A stretch of DNA of 64,000 nucleotides from contig MEQL01000051.1 of the NCBI GenBank assembly GCA_001770205.1, forward strand, positions 1-64,000, in the 5' to 3' direction. The notes below the pieces were generated by a model. That model did no database searches. It was not told where the DNA came from and saw only the letters and a program-made list of their open reading frames with translations. The position numbers and the translations under genes are program-made. Every line of letters begins with the position of its first letter. Positions within the stretch are counted from its first letter, which is position 1. This document shows, piece by piece, positions 1-9,415 of the stretch. This DNA is from Bdellovibrionales bacterium RIFOXYD12_FULL_39_22. GTDB taxonomy: Bacteria; Bdellovibrionota; Bacteriovoracia; Bacteriovoracales; Bacteriovoracaceae.

Positions 1-1
1 T

Positions 2-169
2 GGCCCACTTTTATTTTACATAATTGGTATTACCTATCCAGAAAATGATGAAGAAAATTATTCAGAACTTGCACTTGTGGTAAACCAGGCCACGGCCAGC
101 GAAATAACAAAAGATCAATTGATTGCCTGGTTCGATCTACACAAAATTCCATACGATGAAGAAGAATAA
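2..169 (+). CDS. 3' end of a probable Doc/Fic-family toxin (partial)
   Basis: Open frame from the window edge: GPLLFYIIGITYPENDEENYSELALVVNQATASEITKDQLIAWFDLHKIPYDEEE*. The tail resembles the Doc C-terminus (..vA.geit.eel..Wf). The catalytic motif would lie outside the window. Confidence 0.45.
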   Translation, partial: GPLLFYIIGITYPENDEENYSELALVVNQATASEITKDQLIAWFDLHKIPYDEEE

Positions 170-347
170 TCATTCCTCTGCGCAAACATCGCATAAAGAT
201 GTTTGATGATTTCGATTTTTTTTAGCCAGTTGTCTGGCGAATTATGGCCACGAATTATAACCACGTCCCCGAAAATATTGAATTCTGCACAACAAAAACA
301 ACAATTCTAATCAATATAAAATTACTACCGTAGTATATACAACCACA

Positions 348-377
348 TTGACCAAGAGTACGCTTCGTGGTACTCTT
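348..377 (+). promoter_or_regulatory. sigma70 promoter with overlapping palindromic operator for the antitoxin gene
   Basis: TTGACC(348-353)-17 nt-TACTCT(371-376) with extended TG. Perfect inverted repeat AAGAGTAC(354-361)-N8-GTACTCTT(370-377). RBS GGGAGG before ATG 398. Confidence 0.75.
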
Positions 378-397
378 AAAGCGATCGGGAGGTCAAC

Positions 398-652
398 ATG
401 CAAAGTGCAAATGCAAAGAAATTTAGATCAGAGCTTAAAGATTATATGGATGCGGCCGTTGGCGAACCAGTACGCATTAACCGTCGAGATGGCCAAAGCT
501 TTATTTTGATGGCAGAAGAGATATATGATGAATTTAGAAATGAGATTCAGTCTCTACAAAGACGACTTCTTGGCATGAATGAAATTGTCGATGGAAAGAC
601 CAAGCCTATTGCCCGCGGAGAAGATCGCACCGCGCGTTTCAAGAAGAAGTAA
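398..652 (+). CDS. Phd/YefM-family antitoxin
   Basis: 84 aa with Phd-like N-terminus (ANAKKFRSELKDYMDAAVGEPVRINRRDGQSFILM); strong RBS. Confidence 0.85.
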   Translation: MQSANAKKFRSELKDYMDAAVGEPVRINRRDGQSFILMAEEIYDEFRNEIQSLQRRLLGMNEIVDGKTKPIARGEDRTARFKKK

Positions 653-916
653 TGGCAATTAATTTAAAGCAAACATCACAATTCGAAATAATTCGTGCTC
701 AAATCGAACAGCACCTTTACGATTCAGTATTAGAAATTGAAAAAAATATTGAACTTGCATTACGATCAGCCCGAGCAAACTTCTGGATCAGCACACGATT
801 TGTTTTAAATTCGAAGTTTATGTCATCAATTTTCCCTCGAATATAGATTCCGCCACATTGATGAAAACGAGGGTATGTTCCTCGTTGCAAGTCTCGTCGG
901 GATCTTTGCTCGATAG
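652..916 (+). pseudogene. possible degenerate/frameshifted RelE/ParE-like toxin partner
   Basis: TAATG coupling to the antitoxin. The 64-aa ORF stops at 846. The +1 frame 809-916 reads IRSLCHQFSLEYRFRHIDENEGMFLVASLVGIFAR*, loosely like a RelE/ParE C-terminus. Confidence 0.3.
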
Positions 917-961
917 GGGCCTGACGTGTCAGGAGCGTCATATGGACAATCATTGAACCAT

Positions 962-2530
962 CTAATTACACGGTAGACGAATTGAAAAACAACTTCCATG
1001 TCCGAGAGTAGAGGTGACATCTATCGTGCCAGAATGATTTAAAGTGATAATTCGGTGTGTAACTGCCAAGCCTAGTCCAGTTCCTTCATTGGGAGATTTG
1101 GTAGTAAAAAAAGGCTCAAAAATTCTTTTTAAAACTTTTGGCTCCATGCCCTGGCCGTTGTCTTCTATCTCTATCAATATGGCGTTTCCATCCTTTTTTA
1201 AACGCAAAGTAATTTGAGGTGGGCGAGTGCTAGGATTGGTATGCATTGCTTGCGCTGCATTTTTTAATAGGTTCAAAAAGACTTGTTCCATTTCACCAAA
1301 GATTATCGGAATTGCCGGAAGATCATTGGCAAATTCACGAACTATTTTAATGGCCTTAAAATCATACTTCTTTTTAAGACTATAATCGTTGGCAGCAAGT
1401 TCGATGGACTGTTCTATCAAAGTATCTAAGGTGATGGCTATTTTTGTATCTTTGCTATTGCGACTAAATTGTAACATGCTGTGAATAATACGAGAGGCAC
1501 GGGCCACGGCGGTTTTTATATCAGCGATAAAAGTATCAATCTCTCTACGTTTGCAATAGGCGCTAATTTTTTCTAGATCGGTACCAACCTCCTTGGCAAT
1601 GGCCAGATTTGCAGTCATTTCAGGTGAAAAACGCCGTTCAATATTTTGAGCTGCTTGTGTAATAATGCCCAAGGGATTGTTTATTTCATGGGCCATGCCT
1701 GCGGCCAAACCACCAAGAGAAATCATCTTTTCCGTTTGTAGCATGAGTGATTGAATATTGTTTTTCTCGCGCATATTTTCAATGGCCTGTGCCGAGGCCT
1801 GCTCGCGGGCCTTTTCTCCTTTGGTATAAAGATTAGAAATAATTAGCGCGGCAATAATCATTAGTGCCCATAGCACTAGATGAGAAATTGTCACAATCTT
1901 AACTCCCTGTGCAGAAACCAATTGGTGTTTGTGCAGAGGTACGGAAACACTAATTCCTCCGCGAATATCTCCTAATTTGTATCCTTGCGACTCATGACAT
2001 TTTAAACATCCTTGCTCAGTTATGACTGGACGCATATAGCGCAAATAATCACCAGAAGGGGAGGTTACAATTTCTGTCATTTCCGAACTGCCATTTTCAA
2101 AAGAAGTTAAGGCCATTTTTTCCCAAGCATCAGGCGCATTTGCCGGGCGCAGAGGGCGAAGACTGGTGATGTGTCCTTTTACTCCAAATTCGTCCTTTGC
2201 TATTTCGTGAACTTGCCTCGTCATGTAGGCCGGGTTTATCAGCGTCAATTTTTTTCCGTTGGAGGTGGAGATATCTCGTTCTTTTATATGCGCCAGAAAT
2301 GGATTGGGAGGAGTATTGGCAGTAACTTCAACATAAGTACCACCATGCTCTGCGGCCCATCGTCGGTAGGCCAAATCCTTACTGTAAGCAGCATCGGCCT
2401 CAATTTTGGCCAAGGAGAAAATATGACTGTTTTCTTCATGAATATTCCACAAAAGTGATAGTGCTGTCAGTATGGTCAATAAAATTATAGTCAGTACAGT
2501 AAGTGTTTTAGTGGAAATAAATTTCTTCAT
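962..2530 (-). CDS. sensor histidine kinase with periplasmic c-heme DUF3365/Tll0287-like domain
   Basis: Two TM helices, periplasmic CLKCH, H-box AHEINNPL, N/G1/F/G2 boxes. Confidence 0.9.
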   Translation of the reverse strand: MKKFISTKTLTVLTIILLTILTALSLLWNIHEENSHIFSLAKIEADAAYSKDLAYRRWAAEHGGTYVEVTANTPPNPFLAHIKERDISTSNGKKLTLINPAYMTRQVHEIAKDEFGVKGHITSLRPLRPANAPDAWEKMALTSFENGSSEMTEIVTSPSGDYLRYMRPVITEQGCLKCHESQGYKLGDIRGGISVSVPLHKHQLVSAQGVKIVTISHLVLWALMIIAALIISNLYTKGEKAREQASAQAIENMREKNNIQSLMLQTEKMISLGGLAAGMAHEINNPLGIITQAAQNIERRFSPEMTANLAIAKEVGTDLEKISAYCKRREIDTFIADIKTAVARASRIIHSMLQFSRNSKDTKIAITLDTLIEQSIELAANDYSLKKKYDFKAIKIVREFANDLPAIPIIFGEMEQVFLNLLKNAAQAMHTNPSTRPPQITLRLKKDGNAILIEIEDNGQGMEPKVLKRIFEPFFTTKSPNEGTGLGLAVTHRIITLNHSGTIDVTSTLGHGSCFSIRLPCN

Positions 2531-4473
2531 TATTTTTGCTCACGATCTAGCATTTCGCGTATCTTGTAGAGAAATTCAATAGGCCGCACAGGCTTCATCA
2601 TTAATTCTAAATTTGCCTCCATTTTTCCGCGATTGTAGGCCACCTCTGAAGAGTAGCCGGTAGTAAAAAGAGCTTTAATTTCTGGCCTTATTGCTCGAAT
2701 TTCTTCATAGGCAGCAACTCCATTTTTTCGAGGCATAATGGTATCAAAAAATAGTAAGTCAACTTCATCGGCATGCAGTTTAAATTTATCGACTGCGTCT
2801 TGGCCATCTACGGCCGTGATTACACGGTATCCAAAATCGCGAAGAAAAATTTCTGCAAGACCTAACAGAGAAGCATCATCATCGGCAACCAATATAGCTT
2901 CATTGCCACCTTTGGGATATTCTTCGGCGCCAGTAGCACTTATGCCGATAATTTTTTCTTTATCCATGAGGGGAAGAAAGATTTTAAAAGTAGTTCCCTT
3001 TTCTTTATCACTTTCAACGTTGATAAAACCACCATGTTGCCGAACAATGCCATCAACAATGGCCAGGCCAAGGCCTGTGCCTACACCGACCGCTTTTGTT
3101 GTAAAGAAGGCTTCAAAAATTTTACTTTTTGTTTCCGGATCCATTCCTTCGCCGGTATCGGATACGATAAGTATGGCAAAACCATTCGGATGAGATGCAT
3201 CTCCTTTTTGTATGTCCGTTCGAATAATTATTTCTCCACCGCCAGGCATAGCGTCACGCGCATTAGATGCCAAGTTCATTAAAATTTGCTCAATTTGGCA
3301 ACTGTCTGCGTAAATAGGGACAGGGGAGTCGTGACAAGAAGTCGTCAGAGAAATATCGTCACTAAGCAATCTTTTTAAGAAGCTTTGAGATTGAGTGATA
3401 ATAGTGTTTAGGTCAACATATTTAGCAATAACTTCTTGTTGGTGACAAAAAGAGAGTAGACTGCGAGTCAATTTTTTTGCCCGATCGGAGGCCTGTTGTA
3501 CTTGCGTTAAAATTTGGGTTGAAGGGACATCACTACTTATTTTTCGGCGCAATAAATCAGAAAAACCGATAATCGCAGTTAGAATATTATTAAAATCATG
3601 CGCAACACCACCCGCCAATTGGCCGATTGTTTCAAGCTTTTGAGCTTGTCGTAATTGTTCTTCAAGTTTTCTTCGCTCTGAAATATCTTCGGTAAAAATA
3701 ATTATTGCTGGCCCCTCCGCCAAAGTTATGGAGCCGACCGTTATGTTGGCCGGAAAAGTTGAAAAATCTTTGCGCATGGCCTTTGTTTCAAATTTAATGC
3801 CATTTACAAGGAGTGCAAAATCATTTTCTGCTAATTGCTTTTGCAAATCTCGCTCAGCTCCAGACGCAAAAAGCTCCTCACTTAGTTTTCCCACCATTTC
3901 TTTAGAATTTTTAAAAGCATAGATGCGAATGGCCGCATTATTAACATAATTAATTCTATTATCTTTGATCAAAATAATTGGCAGTGGAGAGCTTTCAATC
4001 AAAGTTCGAAACTTTATTTCGCTATACCAAATATCCTTGCTTTTTTGAATGATGGCACCTTCTAAGTCTTTGACATATTTTTTATTTTCCACTCGCAAGC
4101 GGGCATGTTCCAGAGTTCGCTGTAACACAATTTCTACTTCACCAGTCTCTTGTAAAGGCTTTAAAAGATAATCCCATGCTCCATGATGAATGGCCTCAAT
4201 GGCATCTTTAATGTTACCAGTTCCAGAAACTACAACTGTGGGAATTTCCGGTGCCAATTGTTTCAGGTTGGAGATTAAAGTTAGGCCATTCATTTCCGGC
4301 ATTCGTAAATCGGTAAAGACAATATCTGGACGATGTTTAGCAAATAGTGAGAGGGCCTCTTTTCCATTGAGTGCAGAAATAACACTGTGTCCACGATCCT
4401 CTAAGAGTGCTTTGAAATTGCGCAAGATAGCTTCTTCATCATCAACAATCAATATTTTTATAGGTGCAGACAT
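2530..4473 (-). CDS. hybrid histidine kinase REC-PAS-HisKA-HATPase-REC
   Basis: N-terminal REC (DD...TDLRMP), PAS, AHDFNNIL H-box, GTGLGL, C-terminal REC; TAATG-coupled to the downstream kinase. Confidence 0.92.
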   Translation of the reverse strand: MSAPIKILIVDDEEAILRNFKALLEDRGHSVISALNGKEALSLFAKHRPDIVFTDLRMPEMNGLTLISNLKQLAPEIPTVVVSGTGNIKDAIEAIHHGAWDYLLKPLQETGEVEIVLQRTLEHARLRVENKKYVKDLEGAIIQKSKDIWYSEIKFRTLIESSPLPIILIKDNRINYVNNAAIRIYAFKNSKEMVGKLSEELFASGAERDLQKQLAENDFALLVNGIKFETKAMRKDFSTFPANITVGSITLAEGPAIIIFTEDISERRKLEEQLRQAQKLETIGQLAGGVAHDFNNILTAIIGFSDLLRRKISSDVPSTQILTQVQQASDRAKKLTRSLLSFCHQQEVIAKYVDLNTIITQSQSFLKRLLSDDISLTTSCHDSPVPIYADSCQIEQILMNLASNARDAMPGGGEIIIRTDIQKGDASHPNGFAILIVSDTGEGMDPETKSKIFEAFFTTKAVGVGTGLGLAIVDGIVRQHGGFINVESDKEKGTTFKIFLPLMDKEKIIGISATGAEEYPKGGNEAILVADDDASLLGLAEIFLRDFGYRVITAVDGQDAVDKFKLHADEVDLLFFDTIMPRKNGVAAYEEIRAIRPEIKALFTTGYSSEVAYNRGKMEANLELMMKPVRPIEFLYKIREMLDREQK

Positions 4474-4586
4474 AAGGGCCCTCTCAAGCGTTTATTCGAT
4501 AAATTAATTTAATATAAGCTATCTCGGAGTATTCTTATTTTCAATAGTAGAAATTAGAAGAGAAGGGGATAATAAAAAAATTATGG

Positions 4587-5354
4587 TTATCTTAATAGTT
4601 GTTCTAGTTCTAGTGAAGCATTACTCTTTTCATCACGATACTTTATTATAAGTGCACAATTTGTATGTAACCCCATTTTCTCTCCCCAGGAGTGAGTATC
4701 ACCCAGAGGCCTGCTACCCGGAATTACCACTGCACAAGGAGGAATTTCAGCACCACGCTCTAAAATGCGCTGATGAACGGTGTCATAAACGGTGACTCCC
4801 TTGGAGAGAATAACCCCCGGAGCAATAACCGCTGATTGCTTAACCACAACGCCTTCTACAATTATAGATCCAGCACCCACAAAGACGTTATCTTCAATTA
4901 TCACCGGCCGTTGTCCAATTGGTTCAAGCACGCCACCAATTTGGACTCCGGCCGAAAGATGGACATTTTTGCCAATTTGAGCGCAAGAACCGACCAGCAC
5001 ATTACTATCGATCATGGTACCACTGTCGATATATGCTCCAACATTTATATAGGATGGAGGCATAATTATAACGCCGGTGGCAACATAGCTACCACGCCGT
5101 ACTGCCGACCCACCTGGAACAATTCTAACTCCGCGGGCCACGCTAAAGGTCTGCGGCAGCAGAGTATCTTTGTCAATGAACCCGTTGTGTTCAATCAAAA
5201 CACCGGCACGAAACGCTGCCAAAATAGACTCTTTTATTTTGCTGTTGCTCAACCAAGATTTTGTTGACTCATTAAAATACGCCGAACGCAGCTGTCCGGA
5301 TTCAAGTTGATTTAGAACCTCCTCAAATGATTTATCTAGATTAGGAGTATTCAT
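4587..5354 (-). CDS. dapD: tetrahydrodipicolinate N-succinyltransferase
   Basis: Hexapeptide repeats, RIVPGGSAVRRGSY, VGSCAQIGKNVHLSAGVQIGGVLEP; dap operon context. Confidence 0.93.
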   Translation of the reverse strand: MNTPNLDKSFEEVLNQLESGQLRSAYFNESTKSWLSNSKIKESILAAFRAGVLIEHNGFIDKDTLLPQTFSVARGVRIVPGGSAVRRGSYVATGVIIMPPSYINVGAYIDSGTMIDSNVLVGSCAQIGKNVHLSAGVQIGGVLEPIGQRPVIIEDNVFVGAGSIIVEGVVVKQSAVIAPGVILSKGVTVYDTVHQRILERGAEIPPCAVVIPGSRPLGDTHSWGEKMGLHTNCALIIKYRDEKSNASLELEQLLR

Positions 5355-6259
5355 TTAGTAAACCACTTTCGAATTTCTCGGTCGCTCTCTTCGAGAAGCT
5401 CGGTACTTTTTAAATCCAAAGCAGAAAGAGGTAAACGCATCTTATTAGAACTAATTCGACCTAAACGATGTAAAATTGCTTTGGCCGGGATTGGATTGCT
5501 GGCCGTAAAAAGTGAATCAGAGGCCTTTTGCCACATCTTGCCTTCTACCGTCTCTGGAGTAATTTTTAACTCTAAAGACATTTTAGTATAAAGATTAGTT
5601 TCCGCCGGCCAAACATTAGACGCCACCGAGATTAGGCCTGCGGCACCCAAGGAGGCATGCCCTGGTAACATTCCATCGTCTCCACTAAAAATTTTAAGCT
5701 GGGGAGCATCCTCCCGATATCGACTAAATTCTAGATTGCTACCACTGGCCTCTTTGATGGCCCAAGCGTTGGGATGTTTTGCAAGTCGCTTGGCGGTATT
5801 GTGGTTTAGTGCTATCCCGGCCCGTCCAGGAATGTTATATAGCATCACCGGACGTGAAGAGAGATCCATTAGTGTTTTAAACCATTGATACTGTCCCTCT
5901 TCTCCAGGTTTTGCGTAAATAGGAGTGGGCATAAGATAACAATCGACATCCAAAGTTTCTAAATAGCGCATCCAAGCAGAACTCTCTTGGATATTGTGGC
6001 CACTAACTCCCACCATAATGGGAACGGGAAAATTTTGTTCGAGCGCAATTTTTAAGATTGTCTTTTTTTCATCGAGATTTAAATTTAATGCTTCCCCTGT
6101 ACTTCCTAGGAGCAACAATCCGTTATGGGCCGCTGCTTGCTCTTTTAGCAGAACTTGCAGGGATTTAACATCCAAGGTGTCATTTTCTGTAAGTGGAGTG
6201 ATAAGCGCTGTCCAAAGTGAAAAATCATGGATGTTTTTTTTAAGATTACTACTTTTCAT
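5351..6259 (-). CDS. dapA: 4-hydroxy-tetrahydrodipicolinate synthase
   Basis: GSTGE, LYNIPGR, AIKEAS, SGDD, NPIPAK motifs. Start moved to ATG 6259 (RBS AGGAG). Confidence 0.93.
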   Translation of the reverse strand: MKSSNLKKNIHDFSLWTALITPLTENDTLDVKSLQVLLKEQAAAHNGLLLLGSTGEALNLNLDEKKTILKIALEQNFPVPIMVGVSGHNIQESSAWMRYLETLDVDCYLMPTPIYAKPGEEGQYQWFKTLMDLSSRPVMLYNIPGRAGIALNHNTAKRLAKHPNAWAIKEASGSNLEFSRYREDAPQLKIFSGDDGMLPGHASLGAAGLISVASNVWPAETNLYTKMSLELKITPETVEGKMWQKASDSLFTASNPIPAKAILHRLGRISSNKMRLPLSALDLKSTELLEESDREIRKWFTK

Positions 6260-6935
6260 ATAAATATTCTCCTGCCAAATTAGAAAAATAATGTAGTCCG
6301 TAGGGGAGAGAAGGATCACTTAAAAGCTTTTTTGCTGCCCATATTGCGCCTTGTGCAAAAATTTTTCGATCATGGGCCACATGTTTCAAGGTAATACTTT
6401 CAAAGGGAGTGTTAAGTGTTAACTCGTGAATACCGACTACTTCACCTTCTCGATGGCCTGTAATGGAAATTTTTTTTGGGTCATCTATTATTTTTGCCCA
6501 GGCCAGTGCCGTTCCACTTGGGTTATCTACTTTCTTTGTGTGATGTGTTTCATTTAACGTATAACTGTAATCATTTAAAATATTTTTAGCATGAGAGAGT
6601 TCTTTCAGCATTCGATTGGCCAAGGCCATGCCTAGGGAAAAATTAGAAGCGTAAATCCACCTAATCCCATTGGATTTAAGTCTGGTATCTAAATTCTCCG
6701 GAAGAATAAGTCCTGTACTGCCAGCGGCCAGTGGAATTTTACTGGCAATAAGCAGATCAAGTTGGGATAAAAATATTTCTCCCGGTGTAAAATTAATTAT
6801 GACATCGTGTCCGCTCAAAGTTGTGAGGGTGGGAGGATTTTCCAGATTAAAAATAGAAAAAGCATATGACTCCTGAGTAAGAAGATCTGCAACATGATGG
6901 CCTGTTTTTCCATTTCCGATAAGCGCAACTTTCAC
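6249..6935 (-). CDS. dapB: 4-hydroxy-tetrahydrodipicolinate reductase
   Basis: GNGKTG Rossmann motif, ASNFSLG, ETHHTKKVDNPSGTA, FAQGA. Confidence 0.93.
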   Translation of the reverse strand: MKVALIGNGKTGHHVADLLTQESYAFSIFNLENPPTLTTLSGHDVIINFTPGEIFLSQLDLLIASKIPLAAGSTGLILPENLDTRLKSNGIRWIYASNFSLGMALANRMLKELSHAKNILNDYSYTLNETHHTKKVDNPSGTALAWAKIIDDPKKISITGHREGEVVGIHELTLNTPFESITLKHVAHDRKIFAQGAIWAAKKLLSDPSLPYGLHYFSNLAGEYLYEK

Positions 6936-6936
6936 G

Positions 6937-7929
6937 TTATTTTCCTAAGTATTTATGAAATAATTCAAGATTTAAGATTGCCGCCCCGGCGGCACCACGA
7001 ACAAGATTATGTCCCATGGCCACTAACGAGATTTGACGAGGATCTTCGGAAACACGAATCCTGCCGATATGAGTTCGATTGTCAAAATCTGTTAAATCTC
7101 GAGTTGGGCGAGGGGAGAAATTATCAAAATGTAGTTGATAGGCCTGGGGAAATTTTTCGGCGTATGTGATAAATAACTTTTCAATCTCTTGCTTTGAAAT
7201 GTTCTCCGTGAAATGGACATTAGCAATCACTGTATGGCCGTGCTTGACAGGAATACGGTTGACATTGACGGTAGTCGTAAAAGTGGCCGGCAAAGAAGTT
7301 GATCCCAAAATCTTTTTTACCTCATTTTGAATCTTTTCCTCTTCTCCTAAAATATTAGGAATACAATCACCCAGAATATCTAGCGAAGGAAGTCCGGGAT
7401 ATCCGGCGCCACTAATGGCCTGTAGAGTTACGGCCGTAATATGCTTTATTTTATAAGTTGCATATAGCGGGAAAATGGCCATCGCCAAAAAAACAGTTGA
7501 ACAGTTGGGGTTGGTTACCATTTTGCCGGTAGTTTTTTGCTGTGCCACGATTTCTAGATGAGAAGGATTAATTTCAGGAATTAAAAGAGGAACATATTTA
7601 TTCATTCGAAAAGTAGAAGCATTACTGATTACATGAATTCCCTTACTGGCCAGATTTGGTTCAATTTCAGCGGCGACCTCTGAAGGTAGGGCCGACAATG
7701 CGTAAGGAGAGGTAATTTCACTAGTAGATTTAAAACGCATTTGAAAAACAGAGGAGGGGATTTTTGTGCGCTCAAACCAAGTGGATACTTCGCCGTAAGA
7801 CTTATTTAAGTTTTTATCGGAGGCAACAATTTCTGCGACATAAAAATGGGGATGATCAGAGAGCATGGCAATCATTTTTTGGCCAACGACACCAGTAGAA
7901 CCCAAGATTGCCACAGGGATTTTATTCAT
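6937..7929 (-). CDS. asd: aspartate-semialdehyde dehydrogenase (archaeal/fungal-like subtype)
   Basis: LGSTGVVGQ, NPNCST, QAISGAGYPG, HNLVRGAAG. Start at ATG 7929 with RBS AGGAG. Confidence 0.93.
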   Translation of the reverse strand: MNKIPVAILGSTGVVGQKMIAMLSDHPHFYVAEIVASDKNLNKSYGEVSTWFERTKIPSSVFQMRFKSTSEITSPYALSALPSEVAAEIEPNLASKGIHVISNASTFRMNKYVPLLIPEINPSHLEIVAQQKTTGKMVTNPNCSTVFLAMAIFPLYATYKIKHITAVTLQAISGAGYPGLPSLDILGDCIPNILGEEEKIQNEVKKILGSTSLPATFTTTVNVNRIPVKHGHTVIANVHFTENISKQEIEKLFITYAEKFPQAYQLHFDNFSPRPTRDLTDFDNRTHIGRIRVSEDPRQISLVAMGHNLVRGAAGAAILNLELFHKYLGK

Positions 7930-8103
7930 AACAATTCTCCTAAGCGAATACGGAATATTGATGGGCAAAAGGTAACAAAGAATCCTTAAAGATTCAAACT
8001 TTAGTTTACTTCGTAGATTCCCAGGTTTTTGTTTATTTTGAAACTTTTTCAAATTGCTTACTTAAGATTTAAGAAGTTTATTCAATTGTCGAAGAGGTTG
8101 GGT

Positions 8104-9405
8104 ATGGTGCGATCTATTCTTATTCTTTTCCTGCTTTCGTTATTGCTTGCTTCCTGTCATTGGGTTGAGCAAAAACTTCCCGCAAGTGATGGCCGCATTA
8201 TTGCCTCTATTATTTCGACAGAAGAGACTGAGAAGCTTGTTGCCCACACTCTTCTGAATCAGCAGAAACTTTTTCCCAACGATAATTTCTCTTCCGCGGC
8301 AACTACCTCTTCTTTATGGAATGATGAAATTGGAAGGATTCTTTCCAACACAAGTATTAACTCTGTTGAAGCATATCTCGATGGCCTACTTGAAACTAAT
8401 AAAGGAATTAGCAATATTGCTTTTATTCTATCTGGCAAAAATGGATTGCCCATTTACTCTTATCGCTTCGGCGAAATTAATTATCCTACGCGTAAAGATC
8501 AAAGTATTCGGGAAAATCTATCCTTTGAAGCTCTAATTCCAGTAGATGCATCATCACAACTAATAACCACCATTACCGTTTTGAATTTGGTTACGAGAGG
8601 ACTGCTTAAATTGGAGTCAACTACTGGCCAATTGCTTGGATGGAAAAATTTTTCCTCCATTACCCTAGAGGATTTGCTTTCTCAAACTTCTGGACTCCCC
8701 GGACACCATCCGAAAGAAAGATGCAGCACAAATTCTAATATGGCAATTGGAGAATGCGTCGGGCGAATTTATAAATTGGCCCTAGAAATTGAAAAAAATA
8801 TTGGTGTTCCTAAGGCAAAGAAAATTTTTTGGTATGGGCCTTATCATCTACAAATTGTTGGCCGCATGGTTGAGGTTGCTCTCTCACGCAAACTCAAACG
8901 TCCACTAGTGTGGAATCAGATTTTTGAGGAATTTATCAAAAATCCATTGCAGCTAAATCCGAAAACTCAATATTATAGCGATTCTATCAAGCGTACGGGC
9001 ATTATCAATCCATCCCTCGCAAATGGCCTGCTTATTAACATGCAAGATTACTATAAGCTCATGTATTATTTGGTAGAATTAGGGAAAAGTAGTAAGTGGC
9101 ATCATTTAGTTGATAGGGTAGTGGAGTCACATAATGAGTTTTCTAAAAAAATCCAATTGCCTTCCAATATGAGTAGAAAAAACTATGATTATGGATTGGG
9201 AGTTTGGCGCAACCAAGAGATTGTCTCAGCTGAAGGCAAATTCGGCTGGTATCCTTGGTTTAACTTAAACAAAGGATATTTTGCATTAATAGGAATGATG
9301 GCATACTCCGAAAATGGAATTGGTTGTGATAATATTTTTAAAATATCTCTTGAAATCTCCTCTCGAATCAATGACATTATAGTTAAAGAAACACAACCTC
9401 GGTAA
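8104..9405 (+). CDS. beta-lactamase/serine-hydrolase fold lipoprotein lacking the SxxK motif
   Basis: Lipobox LLLASC; ITLEDLLSQTSGL, FWYG and EGKFGWYPW family motifs. The SxxK position reads IPVDASSQLI. Probable start ATG 8104. Confidence 0.8.
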   Translation: MVRSILILFLLSLLLASCHWVEQKLPASDGRIIASIISTEETEKLVAHTLLNQQKLFPNDNFSSAATTSSLWNDEIGRILSNTSINSVEAYLDGLLETNKGISNIAFILSGKNGLPIYSYRFGEINYPTRKDQSIRENLSFEALIPVDASSQLITTITVLNLVTRGLLKLESTTGQLLGWKNFSSITLEDLLSQTSGLPGHHPKERCSTNSNMAIGECVGRIYKLALEIEKNIGVPKAKKIFWYGPYHLQIVGRMVEVALSRKLKRPLVWNQIFEEFIKNPLQLNPKTQYYSDSIKRTGIINPSLANGLLINMQDYYKLMYYLVELGKSSKWHHLVDRVVESHNEFSKKIQLPSNMSRKNYDYGLGVWRNQEIVSAEGKFGWYPWFNLNKGYFALIGMMAYSENGIGCDNIFKISLEISSRINDIIVKETQPR

Positions 9406-9415
9406 AACTTCCCAT

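Noticed and set aside
239..266. 13-bp imperfect tandem repeat CGAATTATGGCCA/CGAATTATAACCA and a small palindrome at 323-335
   Set aside because: Only two copies with no spacers; not CRISPR or iterons, and could be chance.
3938..3966. TATTAACATAA resembling a reverse XerD arm
   Set aside because: Inside a coding region, and the partner arm lacks TTAT after a 6-nt spacer.
7930..8103. Possible lysine riboswitch upstream of asd
   Set aside because: Short AT-rich divergent intergenic region with no L-box-like stems or consensus visible.
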